The notes beneath the pieces are model-generated. The model saw only the letters and a list, made by a program, of their open reading frames with translations. It was not told where the DNA came from and did no database searches. Positions 1 through 8,568 of a stretch of DNA of 38,668 nucleotides are shown here, piece by piece. Source of the stretch: an uncultured Acidobacteriota bacterium (lineage in GTDB: Bacteria; Acidobacteriota; Vicinamibacteria; Vicinamibacterales; CAVVIG01); assembly GCA_902826465.1 (NCBI GenBank), contig CADEEX010000003.1, positions 1 to 38,668 of the forward strand, read 5' to 3'. The translations under genes were made by a program, and so were the position numbers. Positions within the stretch are counted from its first letter, which is position 1. Each line of letters begins with the position of its first letter.

Positions 1-80
1 GGTCCACGGGTCCACGGGTCCACGGGTCCACGGGTCCACGGGTCCACGGGTCCACAGGTCCACAGGTCCACAGGTCCGCG
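1..80. repeat. Tandem octanucleotide microsatellite: GGTCCACG x6, GGTCCACA x3, GGTCCGCG x1; truncated by the window edge
   Basis: Direct reading shows head-to-tail 8-bp units from nt 1 to 80. The unit length is not a multiple of 3, so the tract is not coding. Confidence 0.95.
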
Positions 81-92
81 GTGTTGTAGCTT

Positions 93-106
93 GGGGCTTC
101 AGCCCC
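93..106 (-). terminator. GC hairpin GGGGC-TTCA-GCCCC just downstream of the RES toxin stop; possible terminator or REP-related element
   Basis: Perfect 5-bp stem with a 4-nt loop, 5 nt beyond the stop at 111-113. It shares the GCTTCAGC core with the REP hairpins at 18517 and 29097. There is no clear U-tract. Confidence 0.3.
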
Positions 107-110
107 GCGT

Positions 111-662
111 CTATCGCCGCATCGCGAAGAAGTCCGCCGCGTCCTGCACTGCGGCATGCTCGAGCGTCAGCGCCTCTACCGATTCGAGCTTCAGCCGCCT
201 GCTCGCACGATCGAACAGCGTGACGTGTGTCCACTGCGATTCAAAGGTCGACCACCAGCGCAGCCCGGCCAGCTGTCTGTGCCGCTTGTACAGGGTTCGC
301 GCCTGAGGCTGCGTCATCTTGCGGTCGCGCGTGGCGACCTGCGACGGACGGAGCTTCTCCCGGTCGAGGACCTGCGGGTCGTCGAGGTCGACGAGTTCTG
401 CGCGAGCGTCGAGCGTCAGCGTGGCCAGTGCCAGCGGACGTTCGCGCCGGTGGAGCAATGCCATCGTGAGTCGCTGGCCGCGAAACCGCGCCAGTTGTTC
501 GACGACGGCCGAGATCGGGCGGTCGGCCAGATAGAGACAACCGTAGATGTCGGGGTTATCGTGGCGTCCTTCGCCCTGGAAGATCTTCGGAAACCAGAGC
601 GGGCCGTCAGGCTCGTGGTGGTCGGCGCGCTCCTGCCAGGCGAAGCATCGATACAGAATCAC
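111..662 (-). CDS. RES-domain toxin (RES/Xre type II TA; NAD+-targeting family)
   Basis: C-terminal 183 aa of track ORF 111..1100. Motifs GEGRHDNPDIYGCLYLADRPISAVVE and LRWWSTFES give the R/E/S order of RES domains. The GTG start at 662 overlaps the antitoxin TGA (GTGA overlap). Confidence 0.8.
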   Translation of the reverse strand: MILYRCFAWQERADHHEPDGPLWFPKIFQGEGRHDNPDIYGCLYLADRPISAVVEQLARFRGQRLTMALLHRRERPLALATLTLDARAELVDLDDPQVLDREKLRPSQVATRDRKMTQPQARTLYKRHRQLAGLRWWSTFESQWTHVTLFDRASRRLKLESVEALTLEHAAVQDAADFFAMRR

Positions 663-991
663 GCGAAGGCGTCCGAACGTTCGGCACGAATGGCGCGCGT
701 CAGCTCTTCGGTGCGACCGGCGCGAATCAGGTCGATGGGGCGGCGATCGCCGAGGGCGGGGTTGAGGCCGAACAGCCACGCCAGGGCCGCTTCGCGATCG
801 TAGAGCCGCAGCAGGTTCGACCAGACGAGTTCGAGCAGTTCGACCTTCTCGGCGTTGGAAGGATCGAGCCCGGCACCGCGGAGCCACCGCGTGACCTGCG
901 AGCGGCTGACACCGAGCATGTCGGCGAGCCTCGCTGCCGACTGGAAATCGACCGTGAGGGCTTCGACCTTGCGCATGATCGCGACCGGCAT
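659..991 (-). CDS. Xre-like antitoxin with DUF2384 (ParS/MbcA-type) toxin-binding domain
   Basis: Track ORF 659..1063. HTH-like AARLADMLGVSRSQVTRWLRG is followed by ALAWLFGLNPALGDRRPIDLIRAGR. Start placed at ATG 991 (MPVAIMRK); ATG 976 is also possible. The first 24 codons of the track ORF run into the microsatellite and were discarded. Confidence 0.8.
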   Translation of the reverse strand: MPVAIMRKVEALTVDFQSAARLADMLGVSRSQVTRWLRGAGLDPSNAEKVELLELVWSNLLRLYDREAALAWLFGLNPALGDRRPIDLIRAGRTEELTRAIRAERSDAFA

Positions 992-1021
992 GAGTGCAGC
1001 GTAGCGCGACGCGCATCGTTG

Positions 1022-1040
1022 CGCAACAGAATCTGTTGCG
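1022..1040. promoter_or_regulatory. Perfect inverted repeat CGCAACAG-AAT-CTGTTGCG; candidate operator for the Xre antitoxin
   Basis: 8-bp arms with a 3-bp spacer, 31-49 nt upstream of the antitoxin start on the minus strand, immediately next to the second microsatellite array. Confidence 0.4.
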
Positions 1041-1080
1041 GGTCCACGGGTCCACGGGTCCACGGGTCCGCAGGTCCGCA
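1041..1080. repeat. Second array of the same octamer: GGTCCACG x3, GGTCCGCA x2; same orientation as array 1..80
   Basis: Direct reading. A lone related copy (GGTCCACT) is also seen at 1853-1860, just after the M50 gene stop. Confidence 0.95.
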
Positions 1081-1143
1081 GGTGTGGGGCGCGATTCCAA
1101 GCGGCGAGTCTGCGACCGGTATAGTTGGCCTGAGGAGCGCCGG

Positions 1144-1848
1144 ATGCCCGATCTCGCGTCAGGGTTTGTGTACTACGTCGTGTTTCTGCTGTCGACCACG
1201 ATGCACGAGGCGGCGCATGCGCTGGCCGCGAAGCTGGGTGGTGACCTGACCGCCTATCACGGTGGTCAGGTGACGCTGGATCCCCGGCCGCACATCAAGC
1301 GCGAGCCGTTCGGCATGGTGGTGCTGCCGCTATTGTCTGTGCTGGTGTCGGGGTGGCCGTTCGGGTTCGCGAGCGCGCCCTACGATCCTCAGTGGGCGCT
1401 CCGTCATCCCCGCCGTGCCGCGTGGATGGCGTTGGCAGGTCCGGGCGCGAACCTGCTGCTGGTGATCGCGGCATTCCTCCTGATCAAGGCCGGCCTCTTC
1501 GCGGGCGTCTTCGAGTCGCCAGCCTCCGCCAATTTCGGTCGCGTCGTCGTCAGCGCACCGCTCGCGGACCACTGGCGCGGTGTGGCGTTCGTGCTGAGCG
1601 CCTTCTTCTCGATGAACCTCGTGCTGTTCGCGCTGAACCTGATTCCGCTGCCGCCGCTCGACGGCAGTGCCGGAGTGGCGGTGCTGATGCCTGAACCGGC
1701 AGCCGCCCGCTACGTGCAGTGGCTGCACGACAACCGCACGCTCGGCATGATCGGCATGCTCGCGGCGTGGCGCCTGTTCGACGTGATCTACGAGCCGGTG
1801 TTCGTGTTCGCCCTCAACCTGCTGTATCCGGCCGCGAACTACGGATAG
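1144..1848 (+). CDS. Site-2 protease family (M50) integral membrane metalloprotease
   Basis: HEAAH zinc motif in the first TM segment and NLIPLPPLDG (NxxPxxxLDG) motif, with several hydrophobic segments. ATG 1144 is preceded by GAGGAG. The upstream part of track ORF 994.. lies in the repeat tract. Confidence 0.85.
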   Translation: MPDLASGFVYYVVFLLSTTMHEAAHALAAKLGGDLTAYHGGQVTLDPRPHIKREPFGMVVLPLLSVLVSGWPFGFASAPYDPQWALRHPRRAAWMALAGPGANLLLVIAAFLLIKAGLFAGVFESPASANFGRVVVSAPLADHWRGVAFVLSAFFSMNLVLFALNLIPLPPLDGSAGVAVLMPEPAAARYVQWLHDNRTLGMIGMLAAWRLFDVIYEPVFVFALNLLYPAANYG

Positions 1849-1934
1849 CACAGGTCCACTGTCGCGCACCCAAGCCCCCCCGCACCGAAGCCCCTCTAGC
1901 CCTGTGCGCCCGAGCACCTTTCGCACCATTAAAG

Positions 1935-1943
1935 TGGTAAAAC
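1935..1943 (+). promoter_or_regulatory. Extended -10-like element TGgTAAAAC, 9 nt upstream of the pckG ATG
   Basis: AT-rich element in a GC-rich intergenic region. There is no Shine-Dalgarno between it and ATG 1953 (spacer ACGAAGCTT). Confidence 0.3.
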
Positions 1944-1952
1944 ACGAAGCTT

Positions 1953-3788
1953 ATGAGCGTAACGGCCAAGCGTCTGGTATCGGAACCCCTGAGCACGAAC
2001 CCGCACCTGCTGCAGTGGATCGCGAAGATGACCGATCTCTGCAAGCCCGCCGGCGTCCATTGGGTAGACGGCTCGCAGGACGAGTACGACGCGCTGTGCG
2101 ACGAGATGGTCGCCATGGGCACCTTTACCCGGCTCAACGCCGACCTGTGGCCCGGGTGCTACCTGGCGCGCAGCGACGCGAGCGACGTGGCCCGGGTGGA
2201 GGACCGTACCTTTATCTGCTCGCTGTCGAAGGAAGCCGCGGGGCCGACCAACAACTGGGTCGATCCGTTCGACATGCGGAAGACCCTGAAGCGCGTGTTC
2301 GACGGCTGCATGCAGGGGCGCACGATGTACGTGCTGGCGTTCAGCATGGGCCCGATTGGCTCGCCCATGTCGCAGATCGGCGTGCAGATCACCGACTCGC
2401 CCTACGCTGTCGTCAACATGCGGATCATGGCCAGGATTGGTCAGGCGGTGTTCAAGCTGATCGACCACGACTTCAAGCGCGTGGTGCCGTGCGTGCATTC
2501 GGTCGGCGCACCGCTGGCGCCTGGGCAACACGATGTGCCGTGGCCCTGCAACAAGGAGAAGTACATCGTTCACTTCCCTGAAGGCCGGGAAATCTGGAGC
2601 TACGGCTCCGGCTACGGCGGCAACGCGCTGCTTGGCAAGAAATGCTTCGCACTGCGCATCGCCTCCGTGATTGCCCGCGACGAGCAATGGATGGCCGAGC
2701 ACATGCTCATCGTCGGCATCGAGAACCCGCAGGGGCAGAAAGTGTACGTGGCCGGCGCGTTTCCGAGTGCGTGCGGCAAGACCAACTTTGCGATGCTCAT
2801 TCCGCCGCCGCACTTCCAGGAGCAGGGCTGGAAAGTGTGGACCGTGGGCGACGACATCGCCTGGATCAAGCCGGACAAGACGGGACGCCTGCGCGCGATC
2901 AATCCCGAGGCTGGTTTCTTTGGCGTCGCACCCGGCACCGGCCACAAGAGCAATCCCAACGCAATGAAGACGCTGACGCGAAACACCATCTTCACCAACG
3001 TGGCGCTCACGCCCGATGGTGGCGTGTGGTGGGAGGGGATGACCGACGAACCGCCGGCCCGCGCCATCGACTGGCAGGGGCGTGAATGGACGCCCGAAAT
3101 CGCGAAGACATCAGGGGTGACGGCGGCGCATCCGAACGCGCGCTTCACCGCGCCGGCCAGCCAGTGTCCGACGATGGATCCCGACTGGGAGAACCCGGAA
3201 GGGGTGCTCATCAGCGGCTTCATCTTCGGTGGGCGCAGGGCCACCACGATGCCGCTGATCTATCAGGCCTTCAACTGGTCGAGCGGCGTGTACATTGGCG
3301 CGACGATGGGATCGGAAACGACCGCGGCGGCGGCGGGCGCGGTCGGCAAGGTGCGGCGCGATCCCATGGCGATGCTGCCGTTCTGCGGTTACAACATGGG
3401 CGACTACTTCCGTCACTGGATCAACATGCAGCGGAGCCTGAGCGAGACGCCGCGCATCTTCCACGTGAACTGGTTCCGGAAAAACGAACAGGGCAAGTTC
3501 GTCTGGCCGGGTTTCGGCGAGAACATGCGCGTGCTCAAGTGGGTGTTCGACCGCATTCGTGGCGAAGGGCGCGCCCGCGAAACACCGATTGGGTGGATGC
3601 CACGTTTCACCGACATCGATTGGACTGGTCTCGATTTTTCAGAGGAACAGTTCGAGAAGCTGCAGTCGTTCGATCGCGCGGCGTGGCGCGAGGAAGTGAT
3701 CCGGCAGGAAGAACTGTTCATCGACGTGCACTCGACGTTGCCAAAGGAACTGGTCTTCGAGCGCGAACTGCTCATCTGCAGAATGTGA
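1953..3788 (+). CDS. pckG: Phosphoenolpyruvate carboxykinase (GTP)
   Basis: 611 aa with typical GTP-PEPCK sequence along the full length (e.g. FPSACGKTN kinase-1a motif, GDDIAWI, WFRK). Confidence 0.97.
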   Translation: MSVTAKRLVSEPLSTNPHLLQWIAKMTDLCKPAGVHWVDGSQDEYDALCDEMVAMGTFTRLNADLWPGCYLARSDASDVARVEDRTFICSLSKEAAGPTNNWVDPFDMRKTLKRVFDGCMQGRTMYVLAFSMGPIGSPMSQIGVQITDSPYAVVNMRIMARIGQAVFKLIDHDFKRVVPCVHSVGAPLAPGQHDVPWPCNKEKYIVHFPEGREIWSYGSGYGGNALLGKKCFALRIASVIARDEQWMAEHMLIVGIENPQGQKVYVAGAFPSACGKTNFAMLIPPPHFQEQGWKVWTVGDDIAWIKPDKTGRLRAINPEAGFFGVAPGTGHKSNPNAMKTLTRNTIFTNVALTPDGGVWWEGMTDEPPARAIDWQGREWTPEIAKTSGVTAAHPNARFTAPASQCPTMDPDWENPEGVLISGFIFGGRRATTMPLIYQAFNWSSGVYIGATMGSETTAAAAGAVGKVRRDPMAMLPFCGYNMGDYFRHWINMQRSLSETPRIFHVNWFRKNEQGKFVWPGFGENMRVLKWVFDRIRGEGRARETPIGWMPRFTDIDWTGLDFSEEQFEKLQSFDRAAWREEVIRQEELFIDVHSTLPKELVFERELLICRM

Positions 3789-3798
3789 GGGTAACGGC

Positions 3799-5364
3799 AT
3801 GACTCGCGTACGACAGGACGTGTGGGGGCTGGGCGCCGGGTGGAACGACACGCTGCTGTGGTACGCCAGAGCCATACGAACACTGCAGTCACGACCGCTC
3901 ACCAGTTCCACCAGCTGGAAGTTCCTGGCGGCGATGCACGGCATCCATCCGGTCGTCTGGCGCGAGTTCGGCGTCACCACCGAGAACGAGTCGATGCCGT
4001 CGGCCGCCATCCAGCGCCGTTTCTGGAGCCAATGCCAGCATCAGAGCTGGTACTTCCTCCCCTGGCATCGTGGCTATCTGGCGGCATTCGAGGAGATCGT
4101 CCGCGATGCCATTGTCTCGGCCGGCGGCCCCGACGACTGGGCGCTGCCGTACTGGAACTACAGCGATGCGACGCAACCCACGGCGCGCACGCTACCTGAC
4201 GCCTTCGCGGCCCGCACCCTTCCCGACGGCACAGCCAATCCGCTGCGCGTCGATCGCCGGTTCGGCAGCGGGACGAGTCCGCTGCAGATCGATCCGCGGC
4301 TCGTGGCGCTCGATGCGCTGCAGGACACGGAGTTCGAAGGCGGCGAAGACGACATTCCACCAGGATTCGGCGGTCCGGTGACGCTGTTCCATCACGGGCC
4401 CGAATCGCAAACCACGAACGGCAGCCTCGAGTCGCTTCCGCACAACGTGCTGCACGGTGCGATTGGCGGCAGCGCCCCCGGCCGGAATCCCAACGATTGG
4501 CGCAACCTGGGATTGATGTCGATGCCGATGACGGCCGCGCTCGATCCGATCTTCTGGCTGCATCACGCCAACATCGATCGACTCTGGAGCGTCTGGCTGC
4601 GCGATACGAGGCACAAGAACCCCGATCAGGTCAGCTGGCTCGACGGCCCGACCGACCGCAGCTTCGTGATGCCGAGGAGCGACCAGAGCGAGTGGACCTT
4701 CACGGCGCGCGACGTGCTCGACACGACCGCGCCGCCGCTCGAATATCGCTATGAAGACGAGACGCCACCGGTCGTCGATCGACGTGTGGTGCGCCGTATG
4801 AGCCGGCTGGGCGCACGATCGGCTGGCGACCGCATGCGGGAAAGCGAGGACGCGACCGTGAGTCCACATCAGCCTCCCGAGCTCATCGGTGCCAGTGACG
4901 GCAGCGTGCGCGTATCGGGCGACACCAGCGCCGCGGTCCGCCTCGACGCCCCGGCCACCCAGCAACTGCGCCGCACCCTGACGCGCGCGGCCGCCGCCGA
5001 CGCGGGAACTGTCGCGGAACCGGCACGCGTCTTCCTGAAGCTGGAAGGGATGCGCGGTACCGCGGATGCCGCGATTTATCACGTCTACATCAACCTGCCA
5101 CCCGACGCCGATCCAGTGGACCACGGCGATCAACGCGCCGGCGTTGTGTCGTTGTTCGGCATCTCGGCGGCCAGCGATCCCGACGGGCCGAACGCGGGCA
5201 GCGGCATCAATCAGGTGTTCGAGATCACCGACATCGTGGATGGCCTTCACTTGTCGGGTGCCGACCTTGCGGGGCTCGACGTCCGGTTCGTTCCGGCCAA
5301 TAGCTCCGTGGCGGCGGCGAACTTCTCGATTGCGCGCCTGAGCGTCTTCAAGCTCGAACGGTAA
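3799..5364 (+). CDS. Tyrosinase / polyphenol-oxidase family type-3 copper protein with a long C-terminal domain
   Basis: CuA-like CQHQSWYFLPWHRGYL and CuB-like LPHNVLHGAIGG ... DPIFWLHHANIDRLW. No obvious signal peptide. Starts 10 nt after the pckG stop. Confidence 0.9.
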   Translation: MTRVRQDVWGLGAGWNDTLLWYARAIRTLQSRPLTSSTSWKFLAAMHGIHPVVWREFGVTTENESMPSAAIQRRFWSQCQHQSWYFLPWHRGYLAAFEEIVRDAIVSAGGPDDWALPYWNYSDATQPTARTLPDAFAARTLPDGTANPLRVDRRFGSGTSPLQIDPRLVALDALQDTEFEGGEDDIPPGFGGPVTLFHHGPESQTTNGSLESLPHNVLHGAIGGSAPGRNPNDWRNLGLMSMPMTAALDPIFWLHHANIDRLWSVWLRDTRHKNPDQVSWLDGPTDRSFVMPRSDQSEWTFTARDVLDTTAPPLEYRYEDETPPVVDRRVVRRMSRLGARSAGDRMRESEDATVSPHQPPELIGASDGSVRVSGDTSAAVRLDAPATQQLRRTLTRAAAADAGTVAEPARVFLKLEGMRGTADAAIYHVYINLPPDADPVDHGDQRAGVVSLFGISAASDPDGPNAGSGINQVFEITDIVDGLHLSGADLAGLDVRFVPANSSVAAANFSIARLSVFKLER

Positions 5365-5369
5365 CGCAC

Positions 5370-6059
5370 ATGTGGCTGCGCGCCTTGCTGACGGTGGCGC
5401 TGCGCGCGCCGGGGCCGGCGTTGTTGATCACCAGTGCCGTCGGCTGGACTACGCTCGCCTGGTTGCTCGCGGATGATGGACATGATCATTCGCGGAGCCG
5501 CTTCGCGACGATCTGGGTAGTGATGATCGTGGCGATGGCGCCGCCGCTGCTGGTCCGCGAGGTGGGACGGCTATGGCGCGCCAGCCTTCGTCGTCTGCGG
5601 CACGTCACGGTCGTCTCGTTTATCTGCGGCTACGTGGGAGTGTGGCTGCTCGCGGGCGTGCCGCTGGCGCTGCTCTCGGGGTGGTTCTCTGCGAGTGCAG
5701 AGCGGGTGGCTCTGGCGGCCGTGCTTGTGGCGCTGTGGCACTGCACACCGGCGCGACAGCGCTGGTTGAATGCCTGCCATCGAGCGCCGACGTTGCGCGT
5801 ATTCGGCATGCCGGCTCTCGGAGACTCGCTGCGATATGGTGTCGCCACCGGCAGCGCCTGCGTGGCGACGTGCGGGCCGGCGATGCTGCTGGTGCTGCTC
5901 GTCGGACGCCACCATCTTGGCGCTATGACCATCGCGATGCTGTGGGTGACCGTGGAGCGATATGCGCCGCCCAGGCGTCCACGCTGGCGGATGCCCTTCC
6001 TGGCAGACCGGTCGTTTGACTGGCCCGACCTCGCGGTTGCGACGCGGGCGCCGCTATAG
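5370..6059 (+). CDS. DUF2182-like predicted metal-binding integral membrane protein
   Basis: Multi-TM protein with WVVMIVAMAPP and CVATCGPAMLLVLLVG / VTVERY segments that resemble the DUF2182 signature. Starts 5 nt after the tyrosinase stop. Confidence 0.6.
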   Translation: MWLRALLTVALRAPGPALLITSAVGWTTLAWLLADDGHDHSRSRFATIWVVMIVAMAPPLLVREVGRLWRASLRRLRHVTVVSFICGYVGVWLLAGVPLALLSGWFSASAERVALAAVLVALWHCTPARQRWLNACHRAPTLRVFGMPALGDSLRYGVATGSACVATCGPAMLLVLLVGRHHLGAMTIAMLWVTVERYAPPRRPRWRMPFLADRSFDWPDLAVATRAPL

Positions 6060-7784
6060 CCGCGACAGCAGTGCCGCCGCCTGCGCCCGCCATGCGGCCA
6101 GTGTCGTGCGCACCTCGGCCCACCTCGTCTGCTCGGCGCGGACGAATCGGCTGTACGGACCGATGCTGTCCGACAGCCGCCGCACACTGCGTCCGCGCGC
6201 CATCGCAAATTCGCCGTGCAGCGCGTCGGCGAGGCGCTGACGCAGCGCGCTGATCTTGGCCTGCAGGTCGGCGCGCGCCCGCCGACGCTTCGCTGGAAGA
6301 ATCAACATGCCCACCGCGCCGAGGACACCTGCCGCGAGGAGTCCGCTCACATCCGCCGCCGCGGTCGTCGCCAGCACGGTGACGAGCGCCCCAAGACCAA
6401 GCGCGCTGGCGCCCATCGCCGCCGTGGCGGCCACCGCGGTGCGCGCGCCATCGGCCAGTGCCTCTGCCTCGCGGCGACGATCGAACGTTTCGACGACGCG
6501 CTGGGTCTCGCGGCCAACCGAGTCGATGAGCGCCGTGCGATCGCTTTGAAAACCACCGGCGTCATCGTGGCCGACGATGCGTTCGCCATGTTCCCGACGG
6601 CGCTGAGCGAGCCGCACTGACAACGCCTGCCATTGACGCAGATCCTGATCGACCAGCCAATCGATCAGCTCGGTGACGCGCCGCTCGACGAGGGCTGGCG
6701 CATCGGCGATCACGCGTGTTTCGAACTCCTGCTGGATGCGCGGGCGATTCATGAGGTCGAAGACGCGGCCGATGCGCAACGTGTCGTCGAGGAAGGCATG
6801 GCCGCGCGATTCCATGTCGCCCAGCACCTTCTCGACAACCGACATGCGCAGACCAAAGCCGCGCTCGAGGTCTTCTTCGTAGAGCGCCAGCTGGCGTGTG
6901 GTTTCGTCGAGTGCCTCGATGTCTGACGACAGCAGACCGAGGCGCTCGCCGGCCAACGCCTCGTAGCGACGTGCCAGCGATTCGCCGACGCCAATCGGAC
7001 TGGACAGCTTCAACCGCGATCGTGCCGTGTCGTCGAGCGTGTCGTGCAGGAACGTTTCGAGCCGGTCGAAGCCGCTGGCAGTCCATTGCTCCGGGCTGCC
7101 ATGCTTGGCGCGCCACGCCTGTCGCGCACTGACCGCGAACAGCTCGGGGTCGACCTGCAGCAGTTCGCGTGCGGCCGCCCGCACGAACGTCAGCACCTGG
7201 GCGAGGTCGGCGTCGTTGTCGAAAATGTCGACCTTGTTGACGAGGATGACAATCTTCTTGCCCCACTCGCGGATGGTGTCGAGGAACGTGCGCTCGGATT
7301 CGGTGAACGGGCGGTCGGCGGAGGTGACAAACAGCACCAGGTCGGCGCGGGGCAGGAAGTCGCGCGTCAGCCGCTCGTGTTCCCGTTGAATGGCGTTGGT
7401 GCCAGGCGTATCCACAATCTGCAGGTCGCGCAGCAACTCGACCGGCGCAGTCACCACAATGCCGCGCCCATCGTCAGCCGTGGTGGTCTCGGCGCCGTGC
7501 CGCACCAGCTGGATGCGCGCCGTGGTCGGTGTGACGCCCTCTTCGAACACGCGCGTGCCGAGCAGCGCGTTCACGAGCGCGCTCTTGCCGGCGTTGAACT
7601 CGCCGGCGACGACGATCATGAACAGCTCGTCGAGCTGCCGCATGGCGTCAGCATGCGTCCCGAGATCCGATGGGCTCGCCGGCAGTGGCACGAGCGTGTC
7701 GCGCAGGTCGGCCAGCAGGCGGCGCACTTCGACGAGCTGGTGCTCGAGGGCGGGTGTGAGGAGACGGGACGATCCGAACGACAT
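6054..7784 (-). CDS. Bacterial dynamin-like GTPase (BDLP/DynA family) with a C-terminal hydrophobic paddle
   Basis: G1 GEFNAGKS, G3 DTPG, G4 NKVD, and a hydrophobic stretch AVAATAAMGASALGLGALVTVLATTAAADVSGLLAAGVLGAVGMLIL. Start moved to ATG 7784 (MSFGSSRLL) because the track N-terminus overlaps vapC. The stop overlaps the convergent DUF2182 stop within CTATAG. Confidence 0.85.
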   Translation of the reverse strand: MSFGSSRLLTPALEHQLVEVRRLLADLRDTLVPLPASPSDLGTHADAMRQLDELFMIVVAGEFNAGKSALVNALLGTRVFEEGVTPTTARIQLVRHGAETTTADDGRGIVVTAPVELLRDLQIVDTPGTNAIQREHERLTRDFLPRADLVLFVTSADRPFTESERTFLDTIREWGKKIVILVNKVDIFDNDADLAQVLTFVRAAARELLQVDPELFAVSARQAWRAKHGSPEQWTASGFDRLETFLHDTLDDTARSRLKLSSPIGVGESLARRYEALAGERLGLLSSDIEALDETTRQLALYEEDLERGFGLRMSVVEKVLGDMESRGHAFLDDTLRIGRVFDLMNRPRIQQEFETRVIADAPALVERRVTELIDWLVDQDLRQWQALSVRLAQRRREHGERIVGHDDAGGFQSDRTALIDSVGRETQRVVETFDRRREAEALADGARTAVAATAAMGASALGLGALVTVLATTAAADVSGLLAAGVLGAVGMLILPAKRRRARADLQAKISALRQRLADALHGEFAMARGRSVRRLSDSIGPYSRFVRAEQTRWAEVRTTLAAWRAQAAALLSRL

Positions 7785-7824
7785 CGAGGCTGATTGTATG
7801 CGGCGAGTCGTCGTCCGGCGCGCC

Positions 7825-8238
7825 TCAGCGAGGCGACCAGACGGTGAGGCCATGCGCCTCTGCAGCGGCCGCCAATCGCCGATCGTAGGCGACGATGCCT
7901 GCGAGATCCGACCCGAACATCTCGGCGGTGGCAAGATGAACCGCATCGAGCGAGCGGAGGCCGACCGGGCTGATGTCGGCCGCCCGCAGCACCACGTCGT
8001 CGTCCATGCGCACCATGTGGACGCCTCGCAGGACACGCTGGGCCTCGCGCTCGGCTGCCGCATCCTGGACGCGGGCGACGATACGCGTGACTTCGATGCG
8101 GGCGAGGGTACTCGACACGCGATGGGGCCAGTCGACGAGAAAGGCGGCGAGCGCCGCCGTTTCGGTCTCCTCGAAGACCAGCTTGAGCAGCGCCGAGGAG
8201 TCGAGGTAGACGACGGTGCTGGCGGCGGCGCCGGTCAC
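7825..8238 (-). CDS. vapC: PIN-domain toxin (VapC family)
   Basis: VYLDSSALLKL (first acidic residue), later ...DAVHLATA... and a typical ~137-aa length. The GTG start at 8238 overlaps the antitoxin stop (GTGA). Confidence 0.8.
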   Translation of the reverse strand: MTGAAASTVVYLDSSALLKLVFEETETAALAAFLVDWPHRVSSTLARIEVTRIVARVQDAAAEREAQRVLRGVHMVRMDDDVVLRAADISPVGLRSLDAVHLATAEMFGSDLAGIVAYDRRLAAAAEAHGLTVWSPR

Positions 8239-8516
8239 ACGTTGCGGTCGTCGCGCTCGCGCTGCAGTGCTCGGGCGATGGTTCCAGGCGCCGGGCCTCG
8301 CCTGCGGCGTCCGTCCAGCAAGTCGGTGGTTGCCGGGACCAATCGCCCCTCGCGCTTGAGACGTGCCAGACTGGATTCGTTGCGCACCAGCGGCGCCAGC
8401 ACGGCGACCGAGTGCCCGCGGTCGGTCACTTCGAGCGTTTCGCCGGCGATGACCCGGGCCAGATGCACGCTGAGGTTCTGGCGCAGCTCGCGCACCCCGA
8501 CCTTTGTGTCCCGCAT
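8235..8516 (-). CDS. Phd/YefM-type antitoxin partner of VapC
   Basis: MRDTKVGVRELRQNLSVHLARVIAGETLEVTDRGHSVAVLAP is a typical Phd/YefM N-terminal fold sequence. The alternative ATG at 8525 adds 3 codons. Confidence 0.75.
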   Translation of the reverse strand: MRDTKVGVRELRQNLSVHLARVIAGETLEVTDRGHSVAVLAPLVRNESSLARLKREGRLVPATTDLLDGRRRRGPAPGTIARALQRERDDRNV

Positions 8517-8568
8517 GTAGCACATGGTAGCACCATGGTCTGATGCACGCGATGGCCGGGACGCGGGC

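Noticed and set aside
1-1088. Octamer arrays considered as a CRISPR array
   Set aside because: The units are 8 bp, head to tail, with no spacers. This is a microsatellite, not a repeat-spacer architecture, and no cas genes are present.
111-1100. The 329-aa track ORF taken as one gene
   Set aside because: Only the C-terminal 183 aa look like a protein (RES domain). The Arg/Pro-rich N-terminal part is the out-of-frame shadow of the antitoxin gene and the repeat tract. A GTG start overlapping the antitoxin stop gives a canonical TA layout.
6054-8063. Full 669-aa version of the dynamin-like ORF, and similar N-terminal extensions of 994-1848, 9124-, 18597-20744, 20567-, 21497-22480, 22450-, 31315-33261 and 34615-
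   Set aside because: The extensions overlap neighbouring genes or intergenic repeats, are compositionally junk, and push signal peptides away from the N-terminus. Internal ATG/GTG starts with a Shine-Dalgarno, or with -10 boxes, fit better.
8514-8538. Imperfect tandem CATGTAGCA-CATGGTAGCA-CCATGG at the vapB-like start, considered as a TA operator
   Set aside because: It overlaps the start codons themselves, and only ~43 nt separate it from the upstream gene. Without promoter evidence I cannot tell an operator from coincidental ATG-containing repeats.
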